DNA of 63,841 bases, filler included, from Rozella allomycis CSF55 (Eukaryota): the NCBI GenBank assembly GCA_000442015.1. It is 13 parts of 13 records of this genome, joined end to end, with 100 filler letters (N's around TTAATTAATTAA, not from the genome) between each part and the next. Parts side by side here need not be neighbours in the genome. Positions count along the whole stretch, not along the records: positions 62,298 to 63,841 come from KE560483.1; 12 more parts are not named here. One strand, 5' to 3'. Under the pieces are notes generated by a model. The model was not told the origin of the DNA. It searched no databases and saw nothing but the letters and a program-made list of their open reading frames with translations. Shown here piece after piece: positions 63,420-63,841 of this stretch (positions within the stretch are counted from its first letter, which is position 1; the number at the start of each line of letters is the position of its first letter). Position numbers and translations under genes: made by a program.

Positions 63420-63841
63420 TTATTTCTTTTTCAAAAGATTTAAAATGTTTTCTTGAACAGCCTTTAGTTTCAAGTCTTTAGTCTTTGATGATAATGCTTT
63501 GAATTGTTTTTTGTTTGAATAAAATGCTTTCTTGGCTTCGAGACCCAAAATTTGATCATTGAGCAAAGAAAGTATATGAAATACAGCGCCAGATTCAAAC
63601 ACCTTTTCAGAATGCTGAGAAATGAAATCAAAGATTATTTTTCCACAAACTATAAAAGCGCAATTAAGTAATTACCAGAATAGCATTTTCGAAGAGCTTT
63701 GCTTGAATAAAGATTGACAAGAATGTGATCAGCTGACAATTCTGATTCTAACCATGATTTTAATGAAGAAGAGACAGATTCATCATCATGGGAAACCAAT
63801 AGAATATTCTGAGCAATAAAAGATGAAATTGAATCCTTAGT
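63420..63841 (-). CDS. Hypothetical protein, 3' end (one 26-nt intron)
   Basis: Open frame from the window edge, joined by GTAATTACTTAATTGCGCTTTTATAG. Confidence 0.5.

Overview
This is eukaryotic, AT-rich, gene-dense nuclear DNA from an early-diverging fungus-like organism. The centrin gene, 22-30 nt spliceosomal introns and very short intergenic spacers fit Rozella/Cryptomycota, but that assignment is an inference. The window is not contiguous: about 13 contigs are joined by N-runs containing an artificial TTAATTAATTAA linker, and single Ns mark collapsed or overlapping joins. It holds housekeeping genes (FTase beta, a BSD protein, taxilin, PRP31, SDE2, centrin, ELP2, RPN3, RNF5-like, RPN2, MLH1, CDC26-like, USP37-like, a mitochondrial carrier, APC4, SIZ/PIAS, mitoribosomal S4). 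It also holds intronless secreted or surface proteins (three CXXC-rich paralogues, a lectin-like protein, two GT47-like glycosyltransferases, a small Cys-rich peptide), a decaying MCM8, orphan gene fragments, copia/gypsy relics, MITE-like elements and a partial tRNA-Pro. The main finding concerns splicing. Of roughly 55 micro-introns I could place by eye, five are best explained by a non-AG 3' splice site (GT..TG x4, GT..GG x1) and three use rare GAG acceptors. Closer AGs are skipped and the introns lack pyrimidine tracts. This points to a spliceosome that picks the 3' splice site by distance (about 26-30 nt) and requires only a terminal G. All intron calls are by-eye inferences and need RNA-seq.
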